Positions 1-9,885 of a stretch of DNA of 64,000 nucleotides are shown here, in pieces. How positions within the stretch are numbered: the stretch's first letter is position 1; the number at the start of each line of letters is the position of its first letter. The notes below the pieces were generated by a model, which did not search any database, had not been told where the DNA came from, and saw only the letters and a program-made list of their open reading frames with translations. The translations under genes were made by a program, and so were the position numbers. Origin of the DNA: an uncultured Verrucomicrobiae bacterium (lineage in GTDB: Bacteria > Verrucomicrobiota > Verrucomicrobiia > Limisphaerales > Palsa-1400); contig OY969763.1 in assembly GCA_963702845.1 (NCBI GenBank), positions 4,288,001 through 4,352,000 of the forward strand. The letters run 5' to 3'.

Positions 1-79
1 ATCCACGAAACGCTCCTACGCCGCAGCCGTCCGCTCTCGGCGATTGCGACGATAGGCGGGTTGGTGATATACAACCCGC

Positions 80-102
80 TGTTCGTTGATTAATTGTTAG
101 CT
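80..102 (+). repeat. Partial attI-like site (family B)
   Basis: ...gttgat-taattG|TTAGCT directly before the Imm53 ORF. Confidence 0.5.
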
Positions 103-103
103 G

Positions 104-415
104 ATGGAAGCGCTAAATAGATTGCAGCAATGGTATCGCTCCCAATGCGACGGCGTCTGGGAGCATTCATGGAGCGTTAGGATCGCCACCCTCGACAACC
201 CTGGTTGGAGCGTCGATGTTAATCTTTGCGATACACCACTTGAGGGCAAGTCATTTAAGGAACACAGCTATGGGGTTGGCAGCGCCGCGACGACTAGCGG
301 AGATGAGTGGATCGTATGCAAAGTCGAACAGAACGTATTCAAGGGTCGCGGCGGCCCTTTCAAGTTGCAGGAGTTGATTGAGGTGTTTCTTGATTGGGCG
401 GAAAAGAACGGCTAA
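104..415 (+). CDS. Immunity protein 53 (Imm53) family, cassette-borne
   Basis: LQQWYRSQCDGVWEH...IATLDNPGW signature; stop codon overlaps the GGCTAAC core. Confidence 0.85.
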   Translation: MEALNRLQQWYRSQCDGVWEHSWSVRIATLDNPGWSVDVNLCDTPLEGKSFKEHSYGVGSAATTSGDEWIVCKVEQNVFKGRGGPFKLQELIEVFLDWAEKNG

Positions 416-445
416 CCACCTATTAAGCCCGCGCGGTCGTTAGGC
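410..445 (+). repeat. Internally deleted attC-like site
   Basis: GGCTAAC...GTTAGGC cores, only 36 bp long. Confidence 0.6.
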
Positions 446-550
446 GCATTCCCGCTTTGCGCCTTGAAGTTTAACCCATCCGGTTTCACCTTCGCGCCAT
501 CGGCGGCACCGACCCACGGTTTGCCTTCAATCATTGCCCCGTTAAATCCC

Positions 551-602
551 TTGTTCGCGTCTTAAAACTATGCGAACAGTTGTCGCATATTAATCGTTAG
601 TC
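551..602 (+). repeat. attI-like site (family B)
   Basis: ttgttcgc-N13-gcgaacagttgtcgcatat-taatcG|TTAGTC; GTTAGTC is complementary to GACTAAC at the cassette end (912). Confidence 0.7.
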
Positions 603-611
603 GCGCACCAC

Positions 612-917
612 ATGAGAGCCAAAATGCCAGAGTCTCCGTTAGAGTTTTGGATATGGTTCGCCGTTATTGCCATTGTTTGTGTCGGAGCCTGTCGGTTTTC
701 TCGTCGTTGCTATTGGCTCGCTGCCCCTTTCGCAAGTTTTCTGCTTTATCAGGGGTGGAGCCTTCTTTATGCAAACGTTAGCTTCAGCGGCGAATTACTG
801 TCGCAACTAGGATTTAGCTACTGGCTTCAGTTCGCCCTATCGTATGCGCTCCCATTGATTAGCATTGCAGTTTACGCCATCTACGATTTCAGGTATCGAA
901 AGAAACATGCGGACTAA
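612..917 (+). CDS. Small membrane protein (cassette)
   Basis: About 3 hydrophobic segments; bounded by core sites. Confidence 0.75.
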   Translation: MRAKMPESPLEFWIWFAVIAIVCVGACRFSRRCYWLAAPFASFLLYQGWSLLYANVSFSGELLSQLGFSYWLQFALSYALPLISIAVYAIYDFRYRKKHAD

Positions 918-1004
918 CCAAAGCGTTCCAGCGGCCGGCGGGACGACGCTGTATTTTCAATCCTTGAGTCAGTGGCCCGCCACCGCTGAGTTTGTGTGTT
1001 AGGC
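912..1004 (+). repeat. attC site
   Basis: GACTAAC...cagcgg..ggcggg...cccgcc.ccgctg...GTTAGGC, a 93-bp imperfect palindrome. Confidence 0.85.
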
Positions 1005-1014
1005 GACTCAATTT

Positions 1015-1305
1015 ATGTCTCGAAGCGTTCACACCTCACGTCCGAAGTTCCGGAAAGCAGCGAAATATGATTATTCGTCCGAGGGCGAGCGTATTCGCGT
1101 GCTCGGGAAGATCGCCGATGAGATTATGCTTAAACGAACGATGAAGGCAAACGCTCGAATCGAGAAACAGGGCCAGAAGGCTGGCCTCAAGCGATCGCGC
1201 ATTTATGTGGAGCACCGCGCCGCCGCGTCGAAAAAGAGTCCGCCAACACCGGAAGCACAGGAGTTGGTGAAGAAGAATTACCTCGGGAGTAAGAGTTATG
1301 GTTGA
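1015..1305 (+). CDS. Hypothetical basic protein (cassette)
   Basis: ATG lies 10 bp after the attC right core. Confidence 0.65.
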   Translation: MSRSVHTSRPKFRKAAKYDYSSEGERIRVLGKIADEIMLKRTMKANARIEKQGQKAGLKRSRIYVEHRAAASKKSPPTPEAQELVKKNYLGSKSYG

Positions 1306-1376
1306 GTGGAACGAGCGTAGGCCAAACCAGGCTGGTTCTGAGTGCCACTGACAAGCATTGTTAGGGCATCATTCAT

Positions 1377-1661
1377 ATGGCCAGAACCTTGAAGGTCGAA
1401 CTCGCGGTGCCGAATGCGCTCTCCGTTCAAGACTTGGTTCCCCAATTCCAGAATTTCGGTGAGGATGTTTATCGCGCTTTGCGAAATCAGTGTGAAATCT
1501 CTATTGAAGAGATTGACCATTTCGCTGGCGCGTTCCATTTGCGGGGCATTGACAAGCGTGATGTTCGGACCATCGCTGCAGACGTGCGCAAGATCCTTGA
1601 GAAGCATCATGGGCTCACAGATGTTAAGATTTACGAAGTTCTAGATGACCCAGATGCCTAA
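1377..1661 (+). CDS. Hypothetical protein (cassette)
   Basis: Lies between GTTAGGG (1360) and GCCTAAC (1656). Confidence 0.7.
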   Translation: MARTLKVELAVPNALSVQDLVPQFQNFGEDVYRALRNQCEISIEEIDHFAGAFHLRGIDKRDVRTIAADVRKILEKHHGLTDVKIYEVLDDPDA

Positions 1662-1746
1662 CTTTTGCTCTAGCCAACCCGCCGATTGTCATCATGCGTT
1701 CATCCGGGCACTTCGTGCGGCGCGTGGCTGAACCGATTCGTTCGGG
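1656..1746 (+). repeat. attC site (degenerate)
   Basis: GCCTAAC...agcca.cccgccg...cggcgcgtggctg...GTTCGGG. Confidence 0.65.
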
Positions 1747-2025
1747 TCCGCTCTCGGTAATTCGAACGCTGATTACATAACAAAGTCAGTTGCGCGCCTG
1801 TCATCTGCGCTGCGTTGTTTTAATCATCGCTGTCGTGAGCAGCGCAGCCGCCAGTCGCTCAAGTTGGTACGAACCTTCGGCATCAGTTAGCCGCCAATAA
1901 AACCCAACGTCACAGGTTATCCAACGTCCCACGCTTCGCACGCACGACACCAATCGTGCTTCTTAATACCTCAACTTGTCGAACGCCCACCCGGCACGCG
2001 CTGTGCAGCCGGGCAGCAGATGCGC

Positions 2026-2072
2026 CAGGGCACTGAGATAATTGATTTTTAAATTAGTCAGTCAGTGCCCTG
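2026..2072. repeat. 11-bp inverted repeat with AT-rich 25-bp spacer
   Basis: CAGGGCACTGA / TCAGTGCCCTG. Confidence 0.7.
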
Positions 2073-2633
2073 TCACATTTGCTGCTAATCCGTCTGCACA
2101 CCGCTTAGCCTCCGCTGCTTGGAAGTCAGAGGTCCAAAAGATTGTTTTGATGCTCGCGATTGGAGCGCTGGGTTGTCTGACGTTGGTTTCCGCGATCTAC
2201 CGCACCAGTTTTATTTTTTGATTTTTTTCAAAGTCAATGTGATGAAAAAAATACAAAAAATAAAACAGGCGCTAGTCGGGTTTCGTGGTTCGGTGTTGCG
2301 GTTTTATAATGATGGTGTTCATAAGCCAGTTCAGTTCTGGATGTCGTGCGGGTCGCCTCAGTGGTGCCTGCCGCGTTTGCCGTGGTGGGCGCAGTATTTG
2401 TGGGTGTTCATCGTGGTTATGGGTTGGTCCCGGTATTTTCCCCGTTCGCGTCAGCCGTGGCGGTATCGTTCGCGGCGGCGTTAGTCGCCCACGCGCAACC
2501 GTATTCCAACCACCCTCTTTGCCGCCTCGATGCTCGGCAGCAGTGCTCCACACGATTTCAGTTAGTGCGCAACAATCGCTCTGCGGGGATCCGGCTGGGC
2601 GGGGGTGAGCTAATCAGGCACGAAATATTTCAC

Positions 2634-3092
2634 TCATTTTTTATAAACCTGACGCTGCTCCAAGCTGGCGCGACTATCTAGAATATAGACGCCAGCGTGA
2701 CAGGTCTGACCGTGAAAAATAGCGCCCTCTTTAGCAATACACATGCTCAATTCAAAGTCGACGAAGCCGCCGGTCCAGCCCACTTCGATGTTGTTCGTAT
2801 TAAGCCATACGTTACCAGGCCTTAACGGCACCAAGAGCGCCGGCCACTGATTTGACTCGACGTTAGAAACATTAGTCGGTTGCAACGCTGAAATCAGGCT
2901 CATGCTTTGACTGTAAAGGTTGCTCCAGTCTTGTTGTGTATAAGTGGCAATACCCTGTGTGGCTTCTTTGATCTGTTTTTCGTAGGCGGCATTGCCAGCG
3001 GACATCGCCGCAAAATAGCCAATAACGTGAAGCACAGGGATTAATACGACTGTCGCAAGAACGACAATGATGCCTATTTTTAGAACTTTCAC
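2634..3092 (-). CDS. Hypothetical membrane-anchored protein
   Basis: N-terminal hydrophobic helix; 152 aa ORF. Confidence 0.7.
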   Translation of the reverse strand: MKVLKIGIIVVLATVVLIPVLHVIGYFAAMSAGNAAYEKQIKEATQGIATYTQQDWSNLYSQSMSLISALQPTNVSNVESNQWPALLVPLRPGNVWLNTNNIEVGWTGGFVDFELSMCIAKEGAIFHGQTCHAGVYILDSRASLEQRQVYKK

Positions 3093-3623
3093 GTGCGGCT
3101 GTTAGTTGCTCCTACAAGCAAAGTATCGTTACGGGGCGCGGTTATAAAGACAACATTTGTTCGCTTTGCTCAGAATATTGAGCGTCTCACGCCGCCTTGA
3201 TTTCCCCGCCGCACGCCGGCGGCACCCGCCCATTTTCCCCCTCGCGCACCAGCGCATTGCCCCCCTCGCGCGCTCCCCGCTCCCGCCCCCGCGCCCCCTC
3301 CCCCAGACCACGTTTACAGTTCCGCATTCGCGGTCGACGCGCGCCGCTGGGGGAGGGGGCAGGCGCGCTCGGAATAGCTAGCAACACTTCGCCCCCTCCC
3401 CCGCTAGGGAACGCGCGCCAACGCGAGCCCGTAAAGACAACCACCTCGCCTCCCGGCTCGCCCCGAAGACAAAGACAAAGACAGCCCAAAGACACCCGCT
3501 ACGCCCGGCGCAGGGTTGCTCTGGCACGCAGTTGAATCGCCAAGGCGATTCGCTGCTTAGCCGTTTTCAATCTCAGACGGCAGTCCAGCTTGAACTCTCC
3601 CTTCTTTCTGCCAACCTCCGTTC

Positions 3624-4181
3624 ATGCGGCAAAAAGCGAAGGTTGCGACCGTGATCCTTTTTGTCCTGGTATTGGTAATTGCCGCAGTTTGGTCGATGAC
3701 TCGTTCTGCACCGGTTACGGTCATGATCCCAAACGGTCCAACACTCACGTTGGTCGACACGACATTCAACGAACCACGTCATGCCGCTCCAAAAAGCAAC
3801 CCAGTAGCACGTGTATTGCAAAAGCTTTTCCTTCGCGTTCCAGAATCTTACCGCCCTCGTTTTTTGCAAAGGCAGTTCAAAATGGGTTTCCTCCACGCCG
3901 TAGACGATACAGCAGTATTTTGGTTCACCGAAAACCCAAGTAAAACCAACGGCGCCCTTCGCACGTGGTGCCCTGTTCAAGGCCGCATATGGGAGCTGGA
4001 TTTCAGATTCCCGAACACTCCAGGAATAGTCGGCATCGTATGCCACCATTGCCCAACAAACGAACCAACGTTGACCATATCATTTTACCGCGCGAACGAA
4101 GGCGTTGTACTGAGGAGCGACATGATCGAATCGAACCTATTGGCCCAAATTTCAGTTAAAAATCCAGCGTATCAGAAATGA
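3624..4181 (+). CDS. Hypothetical exported protein
   Basis: N-terminal signal or anchor; 185 aa. Confidence 0.7.
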   Translation: MRQKAKVATVILFVLVLVIAAVWSMTRSAPVTVMIPNGPTLTLVDTTFNEPRHAAPKSNPVARVLQKLFLRVPESYRPRFLQRQFKMGFLHAVDDTAVFWFTENPSKTNGALRTWCPVQGRIWELDFRFPNTPGIVGIVCHHCPTNEPTLTISFYRANEGVVLRSDMIESNLLAQISVKNPAYQK

Positions 4182-5280
4182 CAACCCCCGCCGCGCAAGC
4201 GTGAGTCCATCGACTCGCTCGTCGCTTGCTTCGCCTCTCCGGCGTGCCAAGGCACCGTCGATGTCCTCACCCTTGCGCAGCCCCACAGAGCCAGACTCCG
4301 GCAGTTGATCCGCTACACTCCGCTAACGTTGCGCGAGCGCCAATCGAACCGCTCCGATTGGCTTGCTCGCTTCACTACCGCTCCGTTTCGCTTCTCAGCC
4401 TCCGGAGACTGGCCATTTCCCCAAGGCCAGCACATCACTGCAACTAGCTCCAGAAACGCTCGCAAGCTTGCTGACTTCCGCTGCGTCGCAGTCATGTGCA
4501 GGCCTCCCGAATCTAGTCTGACCTCTGCGCAAAAGCCTGCGGTATCGCCGAACACTGGCCACGTCTCCCACTCCAGCACGGCGACATCCTCAGCTTCCGC
4601 GCACACGTCAGAGAGCCGCGACCACCGCGAGCCCGTTACGAAGCGACCCCGCGAGAAATTGCTAAGCTCCGTTCAGAACGTGGCCGTGTGCAAACACTCA
4701 TGAAGGATGCTTCCGATCTACAGACACAAGTGACGTTATATTACGTGCCGCCCCACGGTGGCAGCGTGCAAACGCCCGGTATCCGCTGCGCAGAACCTCC
4801 GGCCGTGGGTCCCCGCCGTTTCACTGAGTCGCGTGAACGCTCCCACTCAACGGCCCGGTTCACTAAGATATAACATCGTCTTGTGTCCATAGACCTGGCT
4901 CGCTTGGCACGCTCACATGCTTAAACGCTGATCTTCCCCGCCATCAGCGTTGCAGTGCGCGCGCCAATCGAGCCTCGCATCCTTCACGCCACGCCTCCAC
5001 TCCGCAGCTGAAGCAGGCAGGCGGGGTCGCTTTGTTTGACTAAACGCGCTCAGTCGGCGCTCGCCATTCCCCTGAGCCCTAAAGGTGAGTCCAGACACCG
5101 TCTGGTTCCTTTTCACCCTCTGCTGGCCACTCGACCATCGCCCTCACCGGGCCGCTTTCCGTCAGGGGACAACGTGGCGCCTTCTGAAGACTACTTCCAC
5201 TGTCCGCCTGCCAACGCGGCCTTTCTCGGATGAAGGGCGACAGTCCGAGAGCGCACAGCAGAGCAGTCAAAAAAAAGAAC

Positions 5281-5628
5281 ATGAAAACAAATAAGAAAAA
5301 TAAAAAATCAGAAACGCCAGGGCTCGAGAACCGGATCGCACAACCGAGCAATCAAACAAACACCACTGCGCAGCAGGCGCAGGCCTCCTCCACGTGGCGT
5401 GCAGTGTTTTTCCGTGGCCCGGAGCAAACCAAAGACAAGACAGGTGCAGACGTTCAACGTTGGTCAGTCTACGTCGGAGACGACCAAGGCGAGCCCGTCA
5501 AAACCGTTTACGGTGTCTATGACTTCCGCCGCGCTTCATCGCTCGCGCGTGTCATGTCTGCCGAGCGAAAGCTTGAGCTCATTAATGAGGCACATCCGCC
5601 CATCGAAGTAGAAGCCGCAGCAGCATAG
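5281..5628 (+). CDS. Hypothetical protein
   Basis: ATG follows an A-rich leader downstream of a structured region. Confidence 0.6.
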   Translation: MKTNKKNKKSETPGLENRIAQPSNQTNTTAQQAQASSTWRAVFFRGPEQTKDKTGADVQRWSVYVGDDQGEPVKTVYGVYDFRRASSLARVMSAERKLELINEAHPPIEVEAAAA

Positions 5629-6105
5629 TCCCACCTGGCTCGCGTCCGCCCAGGGCGCGAGCCATTCACCTATGAAAAATCCATTACTCGACAACTCTCC
5701 GCGCTGGCGGCAGTGCCTCTTTCAGCTCACCCGCATTGTTACCATCGAGACCCGACGCCGTTGCATGTGCATTCCCACGCGGGAAGAAGCCAAGGACGAA
5801 GCAATCGCCTCCGTCGCCAACATGGCGCGGCGCTCGTTGCCGTCAGAATCTCGAAAAACGGCACCGGCAAGACGGCGACCTACACGTGCGCATACACCTT
5901 GCGCGAGACCCGCTCCGAGGAATTATTCTGACCTACAAACGCGGCTGGCCCTACAGGCCTGCCACTTTTTTGGAGACTCACGTCGCCTCCAAACCTCCAC
6001 GCCAGAGATTTGCAACCTCTGGACTCCGCTCTCGCGGCCTTCCCCTTTGTGAGAACTTCCGTTGCGCTAAATCCTACAACATGCAACGCTCTGTCGTTGC
6101 ACCTT

Positions 6106-6489
6106 ATGACGCACATACAATTCTTGCGCGAATACTTCCAAGCCCGTACAGATCAAATCAAGGCAGAGATCGAACGCCGCTCGCCGTTCCGGCAGAAATA
6201 TTTTGCAGCAGACTGCCTATACGATAGTCGTCGGGGCATTGTTGAGAGTAGCCAAGCAGAGAATATTCTCGACGTTTCCGAGGTAGACGGTGAGGTGCTG
6301 GTGAATACGACAGGCACTTCCGCAAATAAAATGGCCTTCCCACTACGCTACCATTTACGTCGTAACGGTGAGAGTTGGCTGATTCACCAAATAGAGTTTC
6401 GTTGCTCCGCTTGCAACGGCACGGGCAAGTCGCCGTATGCGGAGTCCGGTACCGCCTGCCAATTTTGCGATGGCAAAGGCTGGAGGTAG
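6106..6489 (+). CDS. Hypothetical protein with C-terminal DnaJ-type Zn-finger motifs
   Basis: CSACNGTG...CQFCDGKG. Confidence 0.7.
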   Translation: MTHIQFLREYFQARTDQIKAEIERRSPFRQKYFAADCLYDSRRGIVESSQAENILDVSEVDGEVLVNTTGTSANKMAFPLRYHLRRNGESWLIHQIEFRCSACNGTGKSPYAESGTACQFCDGKGWR

Positions 6490-6502
6490 CGCAGCTGCTT
6501 AG

Positions 6503-6595
6503 TCACAAACCCCTCAACTTCCGTTGAACCACCACACGCGACTTCGTCGCGACCAAATACCGCGACGCATCCGCTACATCATCTTCGCCGCCTCC
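6503..6595 (-). pseudogene. Orphan 3' tip of a terminase large subunit gene
   Basis: Translates GGGEDDVADASRYLVATKSRVVVQRKLRGL*; the last 19 aa are identical to TerL at 7520. Confidence 0.85.
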
Positions 6596-6671
6596 AGGGG
6601 CCAGTGCGGCTCGCACCCTCCACGCCAGAGATTTGCAACCTCTGGACTCCGCTCCTTTGCCACTAGACAGA

Positions 6672-6704
6672 ATGCGAACCGTTGTCGCATATTAACCGTT
6701 AGTT
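6672..6704 (+). repeat. attI-like site (family B, short)
   Basis: atgcgaaccgttgtcgcatat-taaccG|TTAGTT. Confidence 0.6.
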
Positions 6705-6747
6705 GCTGATTGTGACGTTAGGGCGGCTGCGCTGACCAAGGAAAACC

Positions 6748-7479
6748 ATGAGAACAGCCAATTTCAAATACGCCGTTGTATTTTTCCTATTGCTCGGCCT
6801 GCTGGTCTTCATTGCTTGTCAACACTTCCGGGCAGCTGATTTGGCCGATGAAAATGCCCGGCTTAAGAATGAAATGGCGCAGCACAAAGAGGCGGAAGAA
6901 ACCAACAACATATCTGAATCGCAACTTGCCCAAGCACAATCCGTGAATCGTGCTCAGCTAAAGGAATTACTCCGCCTGCGCACGCAGGTGACCTCGCTAA
7001 GAGCACAGTTGCCGCAACCGACGAGGCAGCCATTGAAGGCGCCGCCGTCGTCCCCGGTTCAAAAGGCGGACCCAGATGTGTCCAGTGAGGAACGTTACGC
7101 GGAGGACATCATCCCTCGGGCCACCTTCGCGCACCAGTGGATGGCCGCACTCAATGAATATGCAACCAAGAATCAGGGACGTTTTCCCACGAATTTCGAT
7201 CAAGCGGCACCATTTCTGTCGGCTGACGCCCAGGGGCAGACTAATGTCGCCACCAACGAATTCGAAATCGTTTTCCAAGGCTCCCAGAACGCTCTTACCA
7301 ACCAGGGTGACGATGAGGTGATCGTCCTGCGAGAGCGCCAGCTACGCCATAGATACGACGGCAAATGGGGGAGAGTTTACGGTCTTGCCGACGGCTCATC
7401 CCTTCAACGTTTCTTCGAAACCCAAGACGCCCTAACGCAGTGGGAGCAGGATCATCTACGAAACACCGCCTCGCCGTAG
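6748..7479 (+). CDS. Hypothetical membrane-anchored coiled-coil protein
   Basis: N-terminal TM, coiled coil, C-terminal ...VYGLADGS domain; aagga RBS. Confidence 0.75.
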   Translation: MRTANFKYAVVFFLLLGLLVFIACQHFRAADLADENARLKNEMAQHKEAEETNNISESQLAQAQSVNRAQLKELLRLRTQVTSLRAQLPQPTRQPLKAPPSSPVQKADPDVSSEERYAEDIIPRATFAHQWMAALNEYATKNQGRFPTNFDQAAPFLSADAQGQTNVATNEFEIVFQGSQNALTNQGDDEVIVLRERQLRHRYDGKWGRVYGLADGSSLQRFFETQDALTQWEQDHLRNTASP

Positions 7480-7519
7480 CGCTGCGACATGCACAACCGG
7501 AAGGGACAAGCCCTTTTGT

Positions 7520-8914
7520 TTACAACCCGCGCAGCTTCCGTTGAACCACAACGCGCGACTTCGTCGCAACCAGATACCGCAACGCGTCGGCGGTGTCATC
7601 GCCTCCGACCCCTTCATCCGCATCCACCTTCATCACATCCTCGGGCCGATTCGGATCACGTTGCAGCGCCGGCAGACAATCAATCAGCCGCGCGCAACGC
7701 CGATGAATAAACAGCGTCGGTTTGATGCAGGCCTCCACATCACCAAACCTGTGCAAAATCTCCGCCCATCCATTCACGCGATCGGTGTTCGCACACCGCA
7801 GCGTGATTCCTTCGCGCGCATACTGCGCCGCGACCGTGGTGCCGTCGCTCTGTCGACCGAACACATCCGCGCCGGCCACGAACCGTTTCAAATCCGAAAT
7901 CTCCAATTTGCGATTTCCGATCGTCCGCCGATTCACCATCGCCTTGATCGCAAGCGCATGCCGTTGCGGCAACCAAAGCCGATCCGCATGCTCATCCACA
8001 ACGAACATATTCCCGTCGCCATCCGTGCAGCCGAGATAAACGACCGTGTAATGGTTAAAACCATAATCCAGCGCGCAGAACCACTCTCGCGCCCGCTTAT
8101 CATCGAAATCATCGATGACATGCACGTCGCGCCGGAACGTCGTGAAGAATTGCCCCGCCGCAACATCCCAATCACCATCCAGCCAAAGCCGCCGCTGCCA
8201 TGCTGGCAGCCCTTCCAAAACCCGCACATACTCCGGATTGTTGTAACGGTTATCAGTCACGCGCGCCGCGATAAAGCGCGTGTCCGTTTCCTTTCCGTCG
8301 CGGAAAGGAACAATGTATTTCGACTTATACCACTGATGCCCGATGCCGCCCGGATTCGTCGTCGAATAAATCCTCGGTCTCCAATTCGGCTTGCTCGTGC
8401 GGCAACATGTCGAAATGTCCTGATACTTGCGCGACGACAACGTCGTCGCTTCTTCAATCCCAATCACGTCGTATTCAAGCCCGAGATACGCGTCGATGTC
8501 CTTCTCGTTCTGGAAATGCCCCGCGATGATGCGCGACCCGTTCGCAAACGTCAGGATCCCGCGATAGGCCGAGAACTCATGCTTGAGTTTCCCAAACAAA
8601 CGCCGACGCAAATCCTCAAAGTGTTCCGTGTTCGCCTTGCCAACTTTGCGCAACAGCAAACACTTCAACCCAGGCACGCGCTGACAATCATCAGCGCCCA
8701 TTTGCGCGAGCAGCCAATGCGACTTACCACCACCGCGAGCGCCGCCGTAGCCGATCGCCGTTGGCCCATCGCGCCGATCACAAAGCCGCGCGGCCGCTGA
8801 CGCGGCCAGCTGCCGCTCCTGCAGGTAAATTTCTCCACGGAGGAAATTTTCCATCTGCTCGCGCGGACATCCAGCCTTGCGCCCATCGGTCAAATACGCC
8901 TTAACCGAATTCAC
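7520..8914 (-). CDS. terL: Phage terminase large subunit
   Basis: YGGARGGGKS Walker A, IGIEEA Walker B, TTNPGG, LDYG nuclease motif and DDTADALRY. Confidence 0.92.
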   Translation of the reverse strand: MNSVKAYLTDGRKAGCPREQMENFLRGEIYLQERQLAASAAARLCDRRDGPTAIGYGGARGGGKSHWLLAQMGADDCQRVPGLKCLLLRKVGKANTEHFEDLRRRLFGKLKHEFSAYRGILTFANGSRIIAGHFQNEKDIDAYLGLEYDVIGIEEATTLSSRKYQDISTCCRTSKPNWRPRIYSTTNPGGIGHQWYKSKYIVPFRDGKETDTRFIAARVTDNRYNNPEYVRVLEGLPAWQRRLWLDGDWDVAAGQFFTTFRRDVHVIDDFDDKRAREWFCALDYGFNHYTVVYLGCTDGDGNMFVVDEHADRLWLPQRHALAIKAMVNRRTIGNRKLEISDLKRFVAGADVFGRQSDGTTVAAQYAREGITLRCANTDRVNGWAEILHRFGDVEACIKPTLFIHRRCARLIDCLPALQRDPNRPEDVMKVDADEGVGGDDTADALRYLVATKSRVVVQRKLRGL

Positions 8915-9483
8915 AGCTTCCCTCCCGGCAACGCTTTCGGTTCCGCAACAATCTCCGCTTCGATCGGTTTGCCATAGACATCGTCAAGCGCCTGGACGAA
9001 TTCGACACGCAGCGTCGCGGCAACTTCCCCGGTCACTTCCGTTTTGTCCGTCGCCATACCCGACGACAACCGCCCGAGCCTGCTCGCCAGATCCAGCAAC
9101 CGCGCAATCCCTTCCAACGATCCGCACCGTTGTGGCGCCTTCTTCCACCGCGCAATCGCCTCCCGCGCCAGCTCGATCAACTCCCCGCGCGTCCGCCACT
9201 CCTCCTCGCGATGCTCCTCTTGCCGGCTGACCCATTGCGCCGCCTTGCCGCGCGTCAAAGCTTCAGTCGCTTCCCGCTCAACAATCGCAAGATGCGCCGC
9301 ATGCGCCTGCACCCGCGCCGGCCAATCAAACTTCGCCGACCACCTTCCCAACATCGTCACACTCTTGTGTAACTTCTGTGCAACCGTAGCCAGCGACCGC
9401 TCAGCACCGAGGTTCAGATACAAACTGAACGCCGCAAACGCTTTGTCCGATTCACGTGGTTGTTGTTCAAAAGGGAGAGGCAT
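8911..9483 (-). CDS. Probable terminase small subunit (HTH)
   Basis: Overlaps the terL start; RES.KAFAAF..YL...RSL..VA..L...RWS..W pattern. Confidence 0.7.
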   Translation of the reverse strand: MPLPFEQQPRESDKAFAAFSLYLNLGAERSLATVAQKLHKSVTMLGRWSAKFDWPARVQAHAAHLAIVEREATEALTRGKAAQWVSRQEEHREEEWRTRGELIELAREAIARWKKAPQRCGSLEGIARLLDLASRLGRLSSGMATDKTEVTGEVAATLRVEFVQALDDVYGKPIEAEIVAEPKALPGGKL

Positions 9484-9673
9484 TGTTTTTCTTTCAGTAA
9501 TCGAAGGTGGCCGTGCGCAAGCACCTTTCTCGAATTTCGGCGATGGTTTCGTCCACTGACAGCCGCTGCCCTGTCTTCCACCAGTGATAGCGTTCTGGCG
9601 AATCAGTCGGGATCACCAGCGTCCCATCAGCCTTCAAATACGGCAGGTTGTCGGTGGCCGTGTGCAAACACTC

Positions 9674-9885
9674 TCGGACGCTTCGGACGGGGGGACGAAA
9701 CTCCTTTAGCGTGTACGTATTAATATTCTCTTTTTTTGTGCCCCGTACAATGAGTTTTGAATACCCGTCCGAAGCGTCCGAGAATCTTCAACAGTTTCGT
9801 CGTTGGACTTTGAAACAGGCGTCCGAGGCGTCCGAACTTTCTCAAAGCTCATTTCGACTTGCGAAGAGGCGTCCGAAGCGTCCGA
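9674..9885. repeat. Iteron-like repeats, putative replication origin
   Basis: cgtccga(a/g)gcgtccga at 9766, 9820 and 9870, plus an inverted copy at 9674, around an AT-rich stretch downstream of the primase. Confidence 0.7.

Larger units (their letters stand above)
5994..6654 (+). repeat. 38-bp perfect direct repeat (5994-6031 and 6617-6654)
   Basis: cctccacgccagagatttgcaacctctggactccgctc, with an internal CCAGAG/CTCTGG inverted repeat. Confidence 0.9.

Noticed and set aside
552..578. TGTTC...GAACA as a Verrucomicrobia LexA box
   Set aside because: The half-sites match but the spacer is 17 bp rather than 4.
3129..3535. Overlapping Pro/Arg-rich ORFs
   Set aside because: They arise from C-rich low-complexity non-coding DNA.
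6503..7612. DGR template/variable repeat pair
   Set aside because: The differences are not adenine-specific and there is no reverse transcriptase in the window.
7541..8800. 419-aa plus-strand ORF
   Set aside because: Antisense shadow of terL with no recognisable motifs.
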